A stretch of DNA of 64,000 bases from contig NW_024704807.1 of assembly GCF_018977255.1 (NCBI RefSeq), positions 186,001 through 250,000 of the forward strand. The letters are read 5' to 3'. The stretch comes from Callorhinchus milii. Its lineage: Eukaryota. Of the stretch, positions 60,780 through 64,000 are shown piece after piece; within the stretch, counting starts at the first letter, position 1; each line of letters starts with the position of its first letter. Both the position numbers and the translations under genes were made by a program. The notes under the pieces were generated by a model, which did not search any database, was not told the DNA's origin, and saw nothing but the letters and a program-made list of their open reading frames with translations.

Positions 60780-61588
60780 GAAAGTGAAAGATCAGCTGTT
60801 GAACTGCAAGAGAGAAAACTGTCAGATGCTGTTTGTGCAAATGAATTTAATTGATGTGAAATCGGAAATTTTCAATTCGTTCATGCGAATCAAACGAGAT
60901 TGACCGAAATCGGCTTCAGGGTTGGAGTAACCTCTAAAGCTTTGCTCAGTCGGTACCAGTAGAATCAATAGCCACTCAGCGATGCAAATTAGGTACTGTA
61001 CAAAGCCATTTGTTCCCCTTCTGTTTTGGTCACTGAAGGCACCGTATGGGTAATGCAATCTCCACTGGTCAGAAGGGAAAAAAAAGTTTAAAATAAAAAA
61101 CAGATTTAATCAATAATTAATACTGACATTTTATACAGCGCCTTACGAAGTCTTCCAGACATCCCATAGAGCTTCACAGAATACACTGTAAAGTGAGTTG
61201 AATACATTTTGCATTCGAAACGCTGCAGCCAATTGCGCAAACCAGTGCCTCACAAACAAGTCATGGATTAAGTGATCAGTTTATCATGAATTGTTTTTGA
61301 AGGCATTATTGCACCCGAAATGCGATCCGCCTTTTTAGTCGATAGAATAACAATCAGGTTCATCATGCTGTGGGTGGAGTGAGGAAACTTGCCCAATATT
61401 TTGGCCTACAGGTAGTCAACTTGGGTCTCTCGCTTGCGGGGTGTGCGCTCTGAACACTGAGCTACATGACTCCACTGATAAAACCTATGCAATCAATGTT
61501 GAACATTGTCTGAAACTTTGGCGATTGGCCTTATTTGATTAACTATCATTAAATCAGCGAGGGCCAACAGGATCATAATTCCTCCCAT
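60780..61588 (-). pseudogene. TCR V pseudogene (leader 61543-61588 with dead donor; V exon ~60780-61074)
   Basis: Leader MGGIMILLALADLMI followed by TTAATC in place of GT. Exon LTSGDCITHTVPSVTKTEGEQMALYST*FASLSGY*FYWYRL aligns codon-for-codon with 62529-62836. No acceptor or RSS. Confidence 0.8.
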
Positions 61589-62489
61589 CGTCTGAGTTCT
61601 GTCTGCAGATGCCCATTGATTACCTGTGAGGTATTTGAGGTGATTAGCTCCAGCCCAGGCAGCGATAACGTGTGCTTTCATTTATGTCGTTCAAAAGGTA
61701 AAGTGCGAAACGTCCATGTGCTGAGAAACACATTCCAATTTCCGATGAATTATTTGTGTTTGAGTAGAAAGAGAGAACCACAGAATCGTGGATTATAGCA
61801 GAAGAAAAGAAGACCATTCGGCCCATGGTTTCTGCTCTGTGCCATCAAGGATTTTGCTGCGTAACAATTCCTTCAAATAAAAATATAAATAATAATTGGT
61901 CACTTAATCTGTGCTTTTTTGTGGGACAATGCTGTGCGAAATTGGCTGTCGAAATTCGCCCGGAAAATATACAGTCGATTCGCTTGACTGTGTATTCTGT
62001 GAAGCATTTTGAGACGCCTCTAAGTCGTGATAAGGACTGTATGAAATCCAAGGATTATTTAATTATTAAATATATTCAATGCTGTTACTATTTTTGGCTT
62101 GTCTTTAAGATCTGACCGGAAAGATGATGTGAAAGAGCTAAGCAATCTGCTCCACTCTTTCTCAATAGCACTGTATTTAGTTTTTTTTTCCTGAGTGAGT
62201 ACCCGTCCATTTCCCTTTTTGAAAGCTGTTATGGAATCTGGTTCCACCAACTTTTCAGAGGGAGAATTCAAAATCGTTAAACATCTCTGGTTTAAAGATT
62301 GTCTCCTTATGTACCATCTGGTCCTGTGGCCAATTATCTTCAATCTGCACAGCAAGTGCTGTACTTGTCGCGACAGACAATTATGTGAACCTTCAGCAGA
62401 CAGATTGACTTGTTGTGAACGTGGTTCCTGTGAGACAGACTTCCTGGAAACAGACTGCTCTTCTCAGCGCTACCTCACAAAGCTCAGAG

Positions 62490-62528
62490 AGTTATTGTAC
62501 GAGGCTGAGACTGGTGTCCATCACTGTG
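62490..62528 (-). other. 23-RSS
   Basis: CACAGTG, 23 nt, ACAATAACT. Confidence 0.93.
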
Positions 62529-63332
62529 GGTGTAGAGTGCACAGTAATACACAGCGGCGTCAGACAGCTGTAACTGGGAGATGGTTAATCTGCTGGATTT
62601 TCTCGAGGTCTGCAGCTCATCCGAGAAACGAGATTCAGCAAAATTCTCTTTATGTTCAGAAGTATGTGAACACCTCTGTAGAATATACTCGGGTTGTGCT
62701 ACTGAGAGATGTCGGTACCAGTATAAGCAATAGTCGCTCAGTGATGTATGATAAATGCTGTCCAAGGTTACTTGTCCTCCTTCTGTCTCAGTGACTGAAG
62801 TTTCCGACTGAGAAACAGAATCTCCCCGGGTCAGACCTGAAACACAAGCGAAAAATAAAAATGAACAGAATTTACAAAACATCTTGCATTTGATATTCTT
62901 ATGTCTTCTAGACGTTTCACAACACTTCACAGAATATACTGTGAATTGAATTGAATGTATATTTTGTGAAAAAAGCCTGACAGCCAATTGCGCAAAGTAG
63001 TGTTCCACAAACAGCACAGGTTAAAATACTAATTTATTATTTTTTTCTTGGAAGAATTATTCCACCTGATTAAACGATCCACCAATTGGCTGACAAACGG
63101 TTCGTATAATTTCCGAGTGGAGTAATTCAAGAAGCCCAATGTTTCGCCCTGAGGGGAATCGAACTCTGATCTCTCGCTTGCGAGGTGAGCGCTCTATATG
63201 CTGATCTACAAGATTCCACCAATAAAAACCATGCAATCAATTTTGAACATTGGCTTAAAGTTTAGGTATTTGCCTTAATTGATCACCTGGTAGAAAAACA
63301 GCCAGAATCACCCAGATCACAATTCCCTCCAT
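62529..63332 (-). CDS. TRAV/TRDV: TCR alpha/delta V gene lacking Cys23 (leader 63287-63332, V exon 62529-62836)
   Basis: Leader MEGIVIWVILAVFLP with donor GTGATC. Exon GLTRGDSVSQSET..VTLDSIY..DYCLYWYRH..LQRCSH..DAAVYYCALYT, open frame. Confidence 0.85.
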
Positions 63333-64000
63333 CGTCTGAGCTCTATCTGCAGATGCCCATTGATTACTTGTAGGATATTTGAGACGATTGGCTCCAGCCC
63401 CAGCAGTCACTACATGTGCTGTCGCCCAATTGGTAAAGTGGAGAAGGTCCTCGTGATCAGCAACAATTTGCAACCAATTATTCTTTTATGACTCAAACCA
63501 AAGAAAAAAAATATCGTGGATCATAGCTGAACAGAAGGAGGATATTCGCTGCAGTGTGACTGTTTCTACTGCTAAAGATATGAACACTCAGTTCCACGCC
63601 CCAAACTTTCCCCCTCGTCTTGCAATTTTACTTTGAGTTGTAAGTTCCAGTCCAATTCCCTTTTGACAGCTACTATCGAATCTGTTGCCACCACAATATC
63701 AGGATGTACATTCGAAACTGTAACAAGTCTATTGATTAAATAAATGGCTGTCAGTCTCCCCTCAAGTGCTTTTGCCAATTAACTTCAATCTGCGAAATCA
63801 ATTCAGAAGCTGTAAAAGTTTCATATTGAAAAAAAATGTGATGTATGATATTTATAAAGAAATAGGAATGAAATTCAATAAACGATTAAATTATGTTTCA
63901 CACAAAACAACATTAACAGAACACGATATATCACTGAAGTGTGCACAGTTCACCTTCACTGAGAAAAATGGGCCGAAATCTGTTGCCAAAGGAGCAAACA

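Noticed and set aside
63905-64000. Possible V 3' end at the window edge (minus strand, ..TGTGCACAC..)
   Set aside because: No YYC context and no valid heptamer or nonamer; cannot be judged at the edge.

Overview
Vertebrate genomic DNA, not prokaryotic. It reads as part of a cartilaginous-fish T-cell receptor alpha/delta locus; the taxon is inferred from the NAR-TCR-type cassette and the L2/CR1/Deu-type SINE repeats. (1) At the left edge, on the + strand, there is an IgH/IgNAR-type D segment (12/12 RSS), a J segment (23-RSS, DGSG motif) and an apparently leaderless TCR V exon with a 23-RSS. Together these look like the 3' half of a NAR-TCR cassette. (2) A minus-strand array holds seven leader+V-exon TCR V genes with RSS, plus three V relics. 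It includes a duplicated three-V block with a ~12 kb period. (3) An apparently full-length, intact L2 LINE lies at 31.5-35.3 kb. (4) A 14-exon, six-SRCR-domain type I membrane receptor of the CD163/WC1/SCART family lies on the + strand (39.9-52.8 kb), nested between TCR V genes, with a tyrosine-motif tail; its signal-peptide exon was not found. (5) Many tRNA-Ala-headed SINEs with L2-type tails, CR1/L2 fragments and three minisatellites. The standout observation is a WC1-like gamma-delta T-cell co-receptor candidate embedded in the rearranging TCR V array, 37 kb from a NAR-TCR-type cassette. Exon boundaries were read by eye; no database searches were run.
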